This document shows, piece after piece, positions 53,473 to 60,922 of a stretch of DNA of 60,922 nt (its first letter is position 1; each line of letters begins with the position of its first letter). The DNA comes from Patescibacteria group bacterium. GTDB lineage: Bacteria; Patescibacteriota; Patescibacteriia; Buchananbacterales; UBA6539. The translations under genes and the position numbers were made by a program. Below the pieces are notes generated by a model, which was not told the DNA's origin, did no database searches, and saw only the letters and a program-made list of their open reading frames with translations. The stretch lies in the NCBI GenBank assembly GCA_034003985.1, contig JAVEXP010000004.1:1-60922 (forward strand), read 5' to 3'.

Positions 53473-56406
53473 TTAATTATTAAGTTTTTTGATGCCGATC
53501 TGACCTTCGGCAATCCCTTTCATCTGGTCAATTTTTTCATTTTTTACCGCTTGCGTCAAGGTGGCTCGCTTAATCTCTTCACCAAACTTCTCAAACAATT
53601 CGTCAAACCCTTGCTGGTACAATTCAATTTGATCAGCCACTGTCAAGCCGGCTTCCTTGCGCAGTTGGTTGATTTGCCGCACCAACTCACGCATTAATCC
53701 TTCCAGCTTCAATTCGTCGGTAATAGTTAAATCCAAATTATCCGCCGCGCCGAATTTCAATTCTTTAATGTTGAGTTCATCTTTTACCAGCTCAACCAGC
53801 TCATCATTTAATGCTTTGACCAAAGATGTCGTATAAGCTGCCAGCGGCTGGCGGACTTTAATCCCGCCCTGGGCTCTGGCGGCTAAACCCCTTTCAACAA
53901 TTTCCCTGGTCAAAGTCATTTCGTCTAATAATTTTTGATCAATTAACTTTTTATTTACTGGTGGCCAAGTTTCCAAATGAACCGATTCTTTTTCACCGCC
54001 AATCTGACGATAAATTTCTTCGGTAATAAACGGCATAAAAGGCGCAGCAATTTTAGCAAACTCTTGCAAAACGAACCCCAATACTTCTACACCCTGCTCA
54101 TCCCCACTCTTGAACCGTTCACGCGAACGGCGCAGATACCAAGTTGAGAGCTCGTCAACAAAGTCACCAAGGCCCCTGGTTGCCCTGACTAAATCGTATT
54201 CCTGCATTCGCTTAGTTACTTCCTGATTCAATAAATTAAGTTTGGCCAAAATCCAACGATCCAAAACATCTTGCGCTTTGCCAGGCTCTGTTGGGTTCGG
54301 CGATTTTTTATACATCAAATAGAAACTCAACACATTACCAACCAGCATAACGACTTTTTGCAGCGCTTCTTTCACGCCGCTTTCGGAAAAATTAAGCGTT
54401 TCGGCAGCAATTACCGGCGAAGTCAACAAATAATAACGAATGGCATCCGCGCCATACTGATCAATCACCAAATCCGGCTCCGGATAATTATGCAAACGCT
54501 TGGCCATCTTTTTGCCGTCTTGCGCCAATACAATACCGTTGACAATCACATTCTTAAACGCCGGCTTCTTTTTAATCGCTGTACTAATGACATGCAAATA
54601 ATAAAACCAGGCGCGGGTTTGATCAACGCCTTCGGCAATAAATTCAGCCGGAAAATTTTGTTCAAATTTCTTTTGGTTGGCAAACGGATAATGCATTTGG
54701 GCGTAAGGCATTGAACCCGAATCAAACCAGGTATCCAGGACATCGGGTACCCGCTTCATAGTGCCGCCACACTTGCAGCTAACCGTTACCTGATCAATAA
54801 AATGTTTGTGCAAATCCGTAATTTTTTTACCGCTATCTTTTTCCAACTCCGCCACGCTGCCGTAAACTTTTTGCTCGCCGCACTTCTCACAAATCCAAAT
54901 TGGCATGACTGAAGCCCAAAACCGCTGGCGCGAAATCGACCAATCTCTGGCACCCTCCAGCCATTTGCCAAACCGCCCCTCCTTAAGATGATTAGGCGAC
55001 CAATTAATATCCTTGGCTTCTTTCAAAGCTTTGTCTTTAATGGCCGTCACCTTAACAAACCAAGAGCTGGTCGCGTAATTAATCAACGGCGTATCACAGC
55101 GCCAACAATGTGGATAGCTGTGTTCATATTTTTGTAAAGAATTAGAAAAAATTAAATTTTTCTGTCCTAAAATTTTTAAAACTTCAACATCGGTTGCTGT
55201 ATGATCATCAATTGGTTTAACGCTCAAGCCGTCCAATCCCTTAACTCCCTCAATATGTCCGTCCATCCGGACATGCTGAATGAAAGGTAACTTTTGGGCT
55301 CGCCCGGCATTCATGTCGTCTTCGCCAAAGGCCGGCGCAATATGGACTACGCCGGTACCTTCATTGGTGGTTACAAAATCAGCCAGGATAACAGTATAAA
55401 GATTTTCTTTATTTTCTAAATCTTTTTCTAAATAATCGTCGAATAATGGTTTATATTTTTTACCAGCCAACTCTTTGGCCTTATATATCCTAATATTTTT
55501 AAACAAAATATTTCCTTTTTGTTTAAAATTGACATCTGCCCAAGAGTAATCACCTTCATGGGGACTAGGACCATATCTCAGCGGCTCACCGAACATCACT
55601 ATCTCTATATTAGTATCATTGGCTATTATAATCTTTTCGCCTTTTTTAATACTTAAATCATCAACATTAGAAGCTTCTATTTCAAGTTCTAAATATTCTA
55701 AATTTCCATTAATAGCCAAAGCCACATTACCCGGCAAGGTCCAAGGTGTCGTGGTCCAAGCTAAAATAAATGTTCCCGGCTCGTCGACCAATTCGAATTT
55801 AGCTGTCACCGACAAGTCTTTAATGTCTTTATAGCCTTCACTGACCTCCTGCTGAGATAAAGTAGTTTCGCATCGAGGACAAACATGCATCGATTTATAA
55901 TCCTGATAAATCAAATCACGATCCCATAGCTCCTTAAATACCCACCAAATACTTTCCATATATTCCAGATCCATGGTTTTGTAGGGGTTGGTCATATCAA
56001 CCCAGCGGCCCAAGCGGGGAATGGTTTTTTCCCATTCACTGGCATACTGCAAAACTTTGCTGCGGCAAGTCTCGTTGAATTTATCAATGCCGAATTCTTC
56101 AATTTCCTTTTTGGTTTTAAAACCCAGCTCTTTTTCCACGATATTTTCAATCGGCAGCCCGTGACAATCCCAGCCCCAGCGCCGTTCCACTCGATAGCCG
56201 TTCATCGTCCAAAACCGCGGCACCACATCTTTCATCAGACTAGCGACAATATGGCCATAGTGCGGCGTGCCGGTAGCAAATGGCGGGCCGTCATAAAAAA
56301 CATACTCGCCTTTGGGGCTAGGCTTGCTAACGCTTTTTTCAAAAATTTTATTGGTTTGCCAAAATTTTAAAATTTCAGCTTCCAGCTTGGAAAATTTTGA
56401 TTCCAT
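53473..56406 (-). CDS. ileS: Isoleucyl-tRNA synthetase (eukaryote-like type 2 form)
   Basis: 977 aa with FYDGPPFATGTPHYGH (the HIGH region), GWDCHGLP and KMAKRL (KMSKS). Confidence 0.9.
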   Translation of the reverse strand: MESKFSKLEAEILKFWQTNKIFEKSVSKPSPKGEYVFYDGPPFATGTPHYGHIVASLMKDVVPRFWTMNGYRVERRWGWDCHGLPIENIVEKELGFKTKKEIEEFGIDKFNETCRSKVLQYASEWEKTIPRLGRWVDMTNPYKTMDLEYMESIWWVFKELWDRDLIYQDYKSMHVCPRCETTLSQQEVSEGYKDIKDLSVTAKFELVDEPGTFILAWTTTPWTLPGNVALAINGNLEYLELEIEASNVDDLSIKKGEKIIIANDTNIEIVMFGEPLRYGPSPHEGDYSWADVNFKQKGNILFKNIRIYKAKELAGKKYKPLFDDYLEKDLENKENLYTVILADFVTTNEGTGVVHIAPAFGEDDMNAGRAQKLPFIQHVRMDGHIEGVKGLDGLSVKPIDDHTATDVEVLKILGQKNLIFSNSLQKYEHSYPHCWRCDTPLINYATSSWFVKVTAIKDKALKEAKDINWSPNHLKEGRFGKWLEGARDWSISRQRFWASVMPIWICEKCGEQKVYGSVAELEKDSGKKITDLHKHFIDQVTVSCKCGGTMKRVPDVLDTWFDSGSMPYAQMHYPFANQKKFEQNFPAEFIAEGVDQTRAWFYYLHVISTAIKKKPAFKNVIVNGIVLAQDGKKMAKRLHNYPEPDLVIDQYGADAIRYYLLTSPVIAAETLNFSESGVKEALQKVVMLVGNVLSFYLMYKKSPNPTEPGKAQDVLDRWILAKLNLLNQEVTKRMQEYDLVRATRGLGDFVDELSTWYLRRSRERFKSGDEQGVEVLGFVLQEFAKIAAPFMPFITEEIYRQIGGEKESVHLETWPPVNKKLIDQKLLDEMTLTREIVERGLAARAQGGIKVRQPLAAYTTSLVKALNDELVELVKDELNIKELKFGAADNLDLTITDELKLEGLMRELVRQINQLRKEAGLTVADQIELYQQGFDELFEKFGEEIKRATLTQAVKNEKIDQMKGIAEGQIGIKKLNN

Positions 56407-56415
56407 AATGAGCTC

Positions 56416-56481
56416 ATTTTAACTAAAAAATCGCCGTTGGTCAATCCGGCTCTTGAAAACTTTAAAATATTATGCTACAAT
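56416..56481. promoter_or_regulatory. Back-to-back divergent promoters (ileS and the GC-rich small transcript)
   Basis: Minus strand: TTGACC (56444-39), 17 nt, TAAAAT (56421-16). Plus strand: TTGAAA (56453-58), 17 nt, TACAAT (56476-81). Confidence 0.5.
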
Positions 56482-56580
56482 CATTTGCAAATGGGAAAAG
56501 TCTTGAACGATCAAATACGCATGTTGATCGGGACTTTCCCGTTCCACCGCAAATGGAGCTATGCTCCGGAGGATACTACC

Positions 56581-56688
56581 ATGACCCACGCGCAGAAGCG
56601 CACCCAGAACGCCAGCGGCAACCGCGAAGAGCACACGGCCAATACGAAGACGCCGAACGCGAACAACACGACGAACCTGCTCCTGTAG
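56581..56688 (+). CDS. Candidate 35-aa hydrophilic peptide (MTHAQKRTQNASGNREEHTANTKTPNANNTTNLLL) inside a ~300-nt GC-rich transcript
   Basis: SD GGAGGA lies 7 nt before the ATG. The promoter is upstream. A 48-nt leader hairpin lies at 56493-56540. A GC hairpin at 56705-27 and a terminator (GGGACCGA-N16-TCGGTCCC followed by AAATTTTT, 56756-96) lie downstream. Coding status is unproven. Confidence 0.35.
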   Translation: MTHAQKRTQNASGNREEHTANTKTPNANNTTNLLL

Positions 56689-56904
56689 CGACCAAGAAGG
56701 TCTTGGGGGCGCCCATAAATCGCCCCCACAGGCATAGCAGGTAGCGTCACCAACCGGGACCGAAAATGCTTTCACGCTATCGGTCCCAAATTTTTAAATA
56801 AAAATCTTTACTATAAAAAAATAATCCCAAAAAACAAACATCAACTCACATCCTGAATCACCCATCTAACATCCCTACCGGCAGGCAGCCTGAACTCTTC
56901 TCCT

Positions 56905-56932
56905 TGTCATCCTGAGCGTAGCGAAGGATCTC
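56905..56932 (+). repeat. 28-nt repeat TGTCATCCTGAGCGTAGCGAAGGATCTC, copy 1, part of a GTCAT...ATGAC palindromic element cluster
   Basis: Identical to 57061-57088. A related inverted copy GATTCTTCGGCCTACGGCCTCAGAATGAC lies at 56948-56976. Confidence 0.85.
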
Positions 56933-57060
56933 AAAGCAAGCATTCTAGATTCTTCGGCCTACGGCCTCAGAATGACACAGCATGATATTAAAGTTAATAA
57001 TCCAAAAAAAGCTACCCCATGTCATTCTAAGCATCCACTCCGCATCCTGAATTCCCCATC

Positions 57061-57088
57061 TGTCATCCTGAGCGTAGCGAAGGATCTC
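57061..57088 (+). repeat. 28-nt repeat, copy 2
   Basis: Identical to 56905-56932. It pairs with CTCATAATGAC (57095-57105) to form a hairpin element. Confidence 0.85.
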
Positions 57089-57167
57089 CATGGCCTCATA
57101 ATGACAAATATCAAAATAAAAAAATAATCCTTTTTAATAGGATTATTTTTTTATTTAACTATCAAAT

Positions 57168-57362
57168 TTAGTCTTCCCAAACAATGGCGCCAACCGGGCA
57201 AGCCGCCAAAGCCTGATCAATATCATCTTTATTAGCATCGTAATCAGCCGGCTGAACCTGAGCTTTGCCGCTGTCGTCAACTTTAAAAACGGCTGGACAA
57301 ATACTTTCGCACGAACCGCAACCAATGCAAATATCCTGTTTGACTTTTGGAACTTTTGCCAT
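57168..57362 (-). CDS. Small 4Fe-4S ferredoxin
   Basis: 64 aa with the CIGCGSCESICP cluster motif and a distal CP. Confidence 0.85.
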   Translation of the reverse strand: MAKVPKVKQDICIGCGSCESICPAVFKVDDSGKAQVQPADYDANKDDIDQALAACPVGAIVWED

Positions 57363-57372
57363 AACTATTACC

Positions 57373-57759
57373 TTATTTATTACGCTTTAAAAATGATTTT
57401 ACTTTATCAACCATCTCACTTGGCGTGACGCTGGTTTTAATAATGAAATCGTTGGCGCCCAATTCCAGACCCTTTTCGATTTCCTCGCGCTGCGACAGAT
57501 TGGAAAAAATAATCACCGGAATATTTTTAGTTTTTTCACCCTGCTTTAACGACCCCAGCATCTCATAGCCATCAACCTGCGGCATTAGAATATCAAGCAA
57601 AATCAACTTTGGCAATTCCAGCTGGGCCAAACTCAAACCTTCGGCGCCATTATTGGCCTTGATTACTTCATAGCCTTCTTGTTCCAGCCTGGTTTCATAC
57701 AAATCAAGCAGGAACGCTTCGTCCTCGACTACCAAAATTTTTACTTTCTTTTGGGCCAT
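57373..57759 (-). CDS. Stand-alone response-regulator receiver (CheY-like)
   Basis: 128 aa with VVEDE, LILLDILMP (the phospho-acceptor Asp) and the conserved K in FIIKT. Confidence 0.85.
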   Translation of the reverse strand: MAQKKVKILVVEDEAFLLDLYETRLEQEGYEVIKANNGAEGLSLAQLELPKLILLDILMPQVDGYEMLGSLKQGEKTKNIPVIIFSNLSQREEIEKGLELGANDFIIKTSVTPSEMVDKVKSFLKRNK

Positions 57760-57761
57760 AA

Positions 57762-58145
57762 CTAATGGATTCTCTCTCCCTCTCCCTTAGGGAAAGGGTA
57801 GGATGAGGGATAGTCATTACATGTTTTGATTATCTTTTCTATTACTCCTGCAAAATTATCTTTAACCTCATTATTCCAAAATCTTAACACTCTAAAATCT
57901 TGATCCTGCAAATATTTAGTCCTAATATTATCTTCAATTATATTATTTTTTTCGTTATGTTGTCCACCATCAATTTCGATGATCAATTTTTTACTTAAAC
58001 AACAAAAATCAACTACATAATTACCAATCACATGTTGTCTTCTAAATTTTAAACTGTTTAACTGCCTATTGCGTAGAGCCTGCCACAATTTTGTTTCATA
58101 AGATGTCTGGTTTTTTCTTAAAATTCTGGCTAAATTTATACCCAT
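57762..58145 (-). CDS. DUF559 (Vsr/very-short-patch-repair-like endonuclease fold) protein
   Basis: 127 aa with the typical LWQALRNRQL..KFRRQHVIGNYVVDFCC....IIEIDGGQH......D..R...L...GF.VLRFWNNEV pattern and a tail PFPKGEGE. Confidence 0.8.
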   Translation of the reverse strand: MGINLARILRKNQTSYETKLWQALRNRQLNSLKFRRQHVIGNYVVDFCCLSKKLIIEIDGGQHNEKNNIIEDNIRTKYLQDQDFRVLRFWNNEVKDNFAGVIEKIIKTCNDYPSSYPFPKGEGERIH

Positions 58146-58192
58146 ATTTTACCTCGCCCTAACCCTCTCCTACTCAGGAAAGGGAACCCTGA

Positions 58193-59950
58193 TTACATTT
58201 TTTCCAAGGTTGAAATCCCTAACAAGCGCAAACCATTGGCTAATACCATTTGGGTATCATTAAGCAGCAATAGTCTGGCTTTTTTAATTTTTGACTCGGC
58301 CTGCAAGACCGGCACCTTCTCGTAAAACAAGCTAAAAGCCTTGGCTAAATCATATAGATAATTAGCCACCTCCGAAGGATCAAACTTGTTGACTGCATCA
58401 CTGATTACTCTGGGGAACTTGGCTAAAATTTTAATCAATGCCAATTCTTCGGGCTGCGTTAAGACCGCAAAATCAACCCGGCTAGTAATTTTGGTATCAG
58501 CCTTTTCAAATATGCTATTAATCCGGGCATAGACATATTGCAAATACGGACCGGTTCGGCCGGTAAAGGCAATTGATTCCTGGGGCTTAAAAACCATTGT
58601 GGTTTTGGGATTAACTGCCAAGATATAAAACTTCAAAGCTCCAATTGAAATTTTTTCAGCCCGCTCTTTCAGGTCCGATTCAGCAATTTCCTTTTCCCGT
58701 TTTTTAATTTCTAGTTTAGCCAGATATTCCAATTCCGCAATCAGCTCATCCGCCCCCGTCCCCTTGGCCAAACCTTCGCGCGATTTGATCCTGCCTTCCG
58801 GCAGCCGAATCATGCCATACGACAAATGATGATAATTTTTAGCATTGGCAAACCCTAATAATTCTAAGATCTTAAACAGCTGCTGCAAATACAAATCCTG
58901 CTCCGAGCCAACCACATAAATTGATGAATCCAATTTATGCCGGTCTTTTAAATAAGCCAGATACAAATCTTGGGTGATATATAAACTGGTGTCATCCGGC
59001 CGCAATAAAATTTTGTCGGGCAAACCAAACTGTTCCAGCTTGGCTGCCACCACGCCGTCTTCGGACTTGATAAAAATATCTTTGTCCAAACCCTGCTGAA
59101 CGATTTTTTTCCCTTCCTGGTAATATTCGCTTTCATGGTAATCTTCGTCAAATTTTTCAATGTCCAGTTTGGCTAAAGTCTGGCTAAATCCTTCCAGCAC
59201 CCAAGTAATCAAGCGTTCCCAAATTTTGCGGACATTCTTTTTGCCTTCTTCCCAGGCCTGCAAAACCCTTCTGGCTTCCTGCTCCAAATTTTTATCATCC
59301 TTTTCGGCCTGAGCAAATTTAACATAAAAACTGCCGACAAAATGATCAGGTTTGAGCTTGGCCTGTTTGGGATTTTTACTGTTGCCCCATTTTTGGTAAC
59401 CCAGAATCGTTTTGGCAATCGCAATGCCCCGATCGTTATATAAAGTTGAACGAATCGTTTTGTAGCCGCTGAATTTAAGCAGTCTGGCGATCGCATCCCC
59501 CAAACAAATATTGCGGACATGGCCAATCGTCAGCGGCTTATTAGTGTTGGGTGAAAAAAATTCCACCATTACCCGCTGGCCATGGCCAATATCACTATCA
59601 CCATATTTATCTTTGGCTTTGTTAATTTCGGTTAAAACCAACTTATTAAACACTGAGGGATTAATCCAAAAATTAAAATATGGCCCAAGCGCCTTAGCGC
59701 TCAATAACAACTCTGTCGGCTTAAAATTCTGAGTCAATAATTCCGCTACTTGCCCCGGCGCCTTGCCGGTCTGTTTGGCCAACAAAAAACAAGGGACCGA
59801 ATAGTCCCCCAAGTCAGCCTGCGGTGGATATTCAATATCAGTAATCCCTAATTCAATCTGCTCGCCTAAAGCTTCTTTAATAACGCCGACTATCTGATTT
59901 CTTACTTCGTTTTCCGCGCTGCTAAATTGGATTGTTAATTTTTCTGCCAT
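58193..59950 (-). CDS. argS: Arginyl-tRNA synthetase
   Basis: 585 aa. FSPNTNKPLTIGHVRN is the HIGH region, and the C-terminal DALR anticodon-binding domain is present. Confidence 0.9.
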   Translation of the reverse strand: MAEKLTIQFSSAENEVRNQIVGVIKEALGEQIELGITDIEYPPQADLGDYSVPCFLLAKQTGKAPGQVAELLTQNFKPTELLLSAKALGPYFNFWINPSVFNKLVLTEINKAKDKYGDSDIGHGQRVMVEFFSPNTNKPLTIGHVRNICLGDAIARLLKFSGYKTIRSTLYNDRGIAIAKTILGYQKWGNSKNPKQAKLKPDHFVGSFYVKFAQAEKDDKNLEQEARRVLQAWEEGKKNVRKIWERLITWVLEGFSQTLAKLDIEKFDEDYHESEYYQEGKKIVQQGLDKDIFIKSEDGVVAAKLEQFGLPDKILLRPDDTSLYITQDLYLAYLKDRHKLDSSIYVVGSEQDLYLQQLFKILELLGFANAKNYHHLSYGMIRLPEGRIKSREGLAKGTGADELIAELEYLAKLEIKKREKEIAESDLKERAEKISIGALKFYILAVNPKTTMVFKPQESIAFTGRTGPYLQYVYARINSIFEKADTKITSRVDFAVLTQPEELALIKILAKFPRVISDAVNKFDPSEVANYLYDLAKAFSLFYEKVPVLQAESKIKKARLLLLNDTQMVLANGLRLLGISTLEKM

Positions 59951-60005
59951 ATAACTCTGTTATTTTAGCAAAAAATCAATCAGAAATCAATCAGCCTTAT
60001 ACTAT

Positions 60006-60031
60006 GTCATTCCCGCTTGCGCGGGAATGAC
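60006..60031. repeat. Perfect palindrome GTCATTCCCGC-TTGC-GCGGGAATGAC (REP-like hairpin)
   Basis: An 11-bp stem and a 4-nt loop with no flanking T-run. It shares the GTCATTC...GAATGAC termini with the 56.9-57.1 kb elements. Confidence 0.8.
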
Positions 60032-60107
60032 GAAAAAGAAAAATGGAAATGACAGCCAAGGAGCAAAACCAAAAATAAAAATAAAAAATAATCAAATAGA
60101 GCCTCGG

Positions 60108-60881
60108 CTAACTGATATCAATTTTAGTACCGACCTGGGCAAAATCATACAATCGTTCCATTTGGTCATAACGGACATTGATGCAGCCGTGGCTCATCGG
60201 TCGGCCGAAATTATTATGCCAATAAGCGCCGTGGATGTAATAGCGCCAATAATTGGTAGTAAAATGTAAATTCCACTTGGTATTGGGATAATAAAAATTA
60301 AAACCGCGGCCACCATAATTCTTGGAAGGAACTTTGTCCAAAACGCTAAATTCCCCAAGCGGTGTCGGCATTGAAGCCACGCCACCGGAAATCGGAAAAC
60401 TTTCCAGCTCAGTTGAACCAAAAAAATAACTCAGCGACTGTGTAGCAATGTTGACCTTAATTAATTTATCAATCTTTTCAACGCTGGCCTGCGACGGGCT
60501 GTAGCCATTGTCGATTTCCGTACCGTCCAAATAGCCGTCGCCGTCGGTATCGGGATTTAAAATGTCCAATCCTAATCTGATTTCCCAACCATCAGTTGCT
60601 CCATCACCGTCGGTGTCAAGCGCCGCCAGCCTCAACGGTTCGGCATGGCGCGGCGAATAGCCATGATAAACTTCCAGATAATCGTTGTACCCGTCGCCGT
60701 CGGTATCGGGATTCTCAAAATCAGTGTGAAAAATTTCTAATTCCTGCTGATCAGTCAAACCGTCACCGTCACTATCAAGCTCCTGAGCCTTGACCGCGTC
60801 AATCCTAAATACAAAAAAAATAGCTAACAGCATAGCTATTCCTAAAATATCAGTTAGGTTTTTAATCAAACTTTTTGGCAT
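60108..60881 (-). CDS. L,D-transpeptidase (YkuD domain) with four N-terminal thrombospondin type-3-like repeats
   Basis: 257 aa with a signal/TM. The repeats are DSDGDGLTDQQE, DTDGDGYNDYLE, DTDGDGATDGWE and DTDGDGYLDGTE. The catalytic motif is HGAYWHNNFGRPMSHGCINV. Confidence 0.8.
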   Translation of the reverse strand: MPKSLIKNLTDILGIAMLLAIFFVFRIDAVKAQELDSDGDGLTDQQELEIFHTDFENPDTDGDGYNDYLEVYHGYSPRHAEPLRLAALDTDGDGATDGWEIRLGLDILNPDTDGDGYLDGTEIDNGYSPSQASVEKIDKLIKVNIATQSLSYFFGSTELESFPISGGVASMPTPLGEFSVLDKVPSKNYGGRGFNFYYPNTKWNLHFTTNYWRYYIHGAYWHNNFGRPMSHGCINVRYDQMERLYDFAQVGTKIDIS

Positions 60882-60922
60882 TTTTTATTTTGGTTTTTGT
60901 TTTTTAAACCTCGTTTATGGCA

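Noticed and set aside
56470-56775. Minus-strand ORFs (101 aa and 64 aa) and the long plus-strand ORFs 56437..56688 and 56472..56744 in the GC-rich patch next to ileS.
   Set aside because: The promoter and terminator polarity are plus-strand. The minus-strand ORFs lack an SD and have Arg/Val-rich shadow-frame composition. The long plus-strand ORFs would start inside or upstream of the promoter. Only the 35-codon ORF has an SD.
59973-59994. A tandem duplication AAATCAATCAG x2 upstream of argS, considered as a possible repeat array or CRISPR-like signal.
   Set aside because: It has only two 11-nt units with no spacers and overlaps the predicted argS promoter (TTGATT-17-TAAAAT). It is too short to call anything. 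No CRISPR array exists anywhere in the window.

Overview
The window reads as a gene-dense, AT-rich bacterial chromosome segment using the standard genetic code. It looks like a streamlined Patescibacteria/CPR-type genome. That taxonomic call is inference from gene content, TrbC/VirB2-like pilin-hairpin proteins, thrombospondin-type-3 repeat surface proteins and small protein sizes.

The backbone is housekeeping:
- uvrA (partial), secG, tRNA-Leu(CAG), rnj, trpS, gdhA, murI, an SPFH protein and a phosphohexomutase
- an Elp3 / Trm9-like gene pair, glyA-folD, ychF, rpsF-ssb-rpsR-efp, recA and a RodZ-like gene
- ftsK, rpoB-rpoC, a MurE-like ligase, ruvA, a NIF3-like gene, ileS, argS and an L,D-transpeptidase

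At least seven sharply bounded GC-rich patches interrupt this backbone. My hand counts of single 60-nt lines give 62-70 % G+C inside patches and 28-37 % in flanking genes. Most patches have a TTGACA-type promoter and/or an intrinsic terminator of their own. The patches are:
1. A small secreted ORF plus a T-box leader driving an orphan TrpG/PabA amidotransferase (10.0-11.4 kb).
2. An orphan ORF wedged after murI (15.97-16.33 kb).
3. A Cys-rich orphan protein (22.9-23.4 kb).
4. A purC / stand-alone IMP-cyclohydrolase-like / purB / Gfo-Idh-MocA island (27.9-32.6 kb).
5. A receiver-like orphan (34.9-35.4 kb).
6. Two tandem structured RNA genes of unknown class (51.95-52.40 kb).
7. A roughly 300-nt transcription unit with a 35-codon ORF, divergent from ileS (56.45-56.80 kb).

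Other points worth a second look:
- Two tandem pilin-hairpin membrane proteins share a perfect 216-bp repeat. One is fused to a Cys-rich 3D (muralytic) domain, and a DsbA gene is adjacent.
- The Elp3 and Trm9-like genes sit back to back with 5 bp between their start codons, which suggests a eukaryote/archaea-style mcm5U34 tRNA modification module.
- A secreted Cys-rich protein carries a Kazal-like module.
- A DUF559 cassette is bracketed by hairpin repeats.
- GTCAT...ATGAC palindromic repeat elements cluster in one intergenic region.

I saw no CRISPR array, transposase, integrase or rRNA gene.
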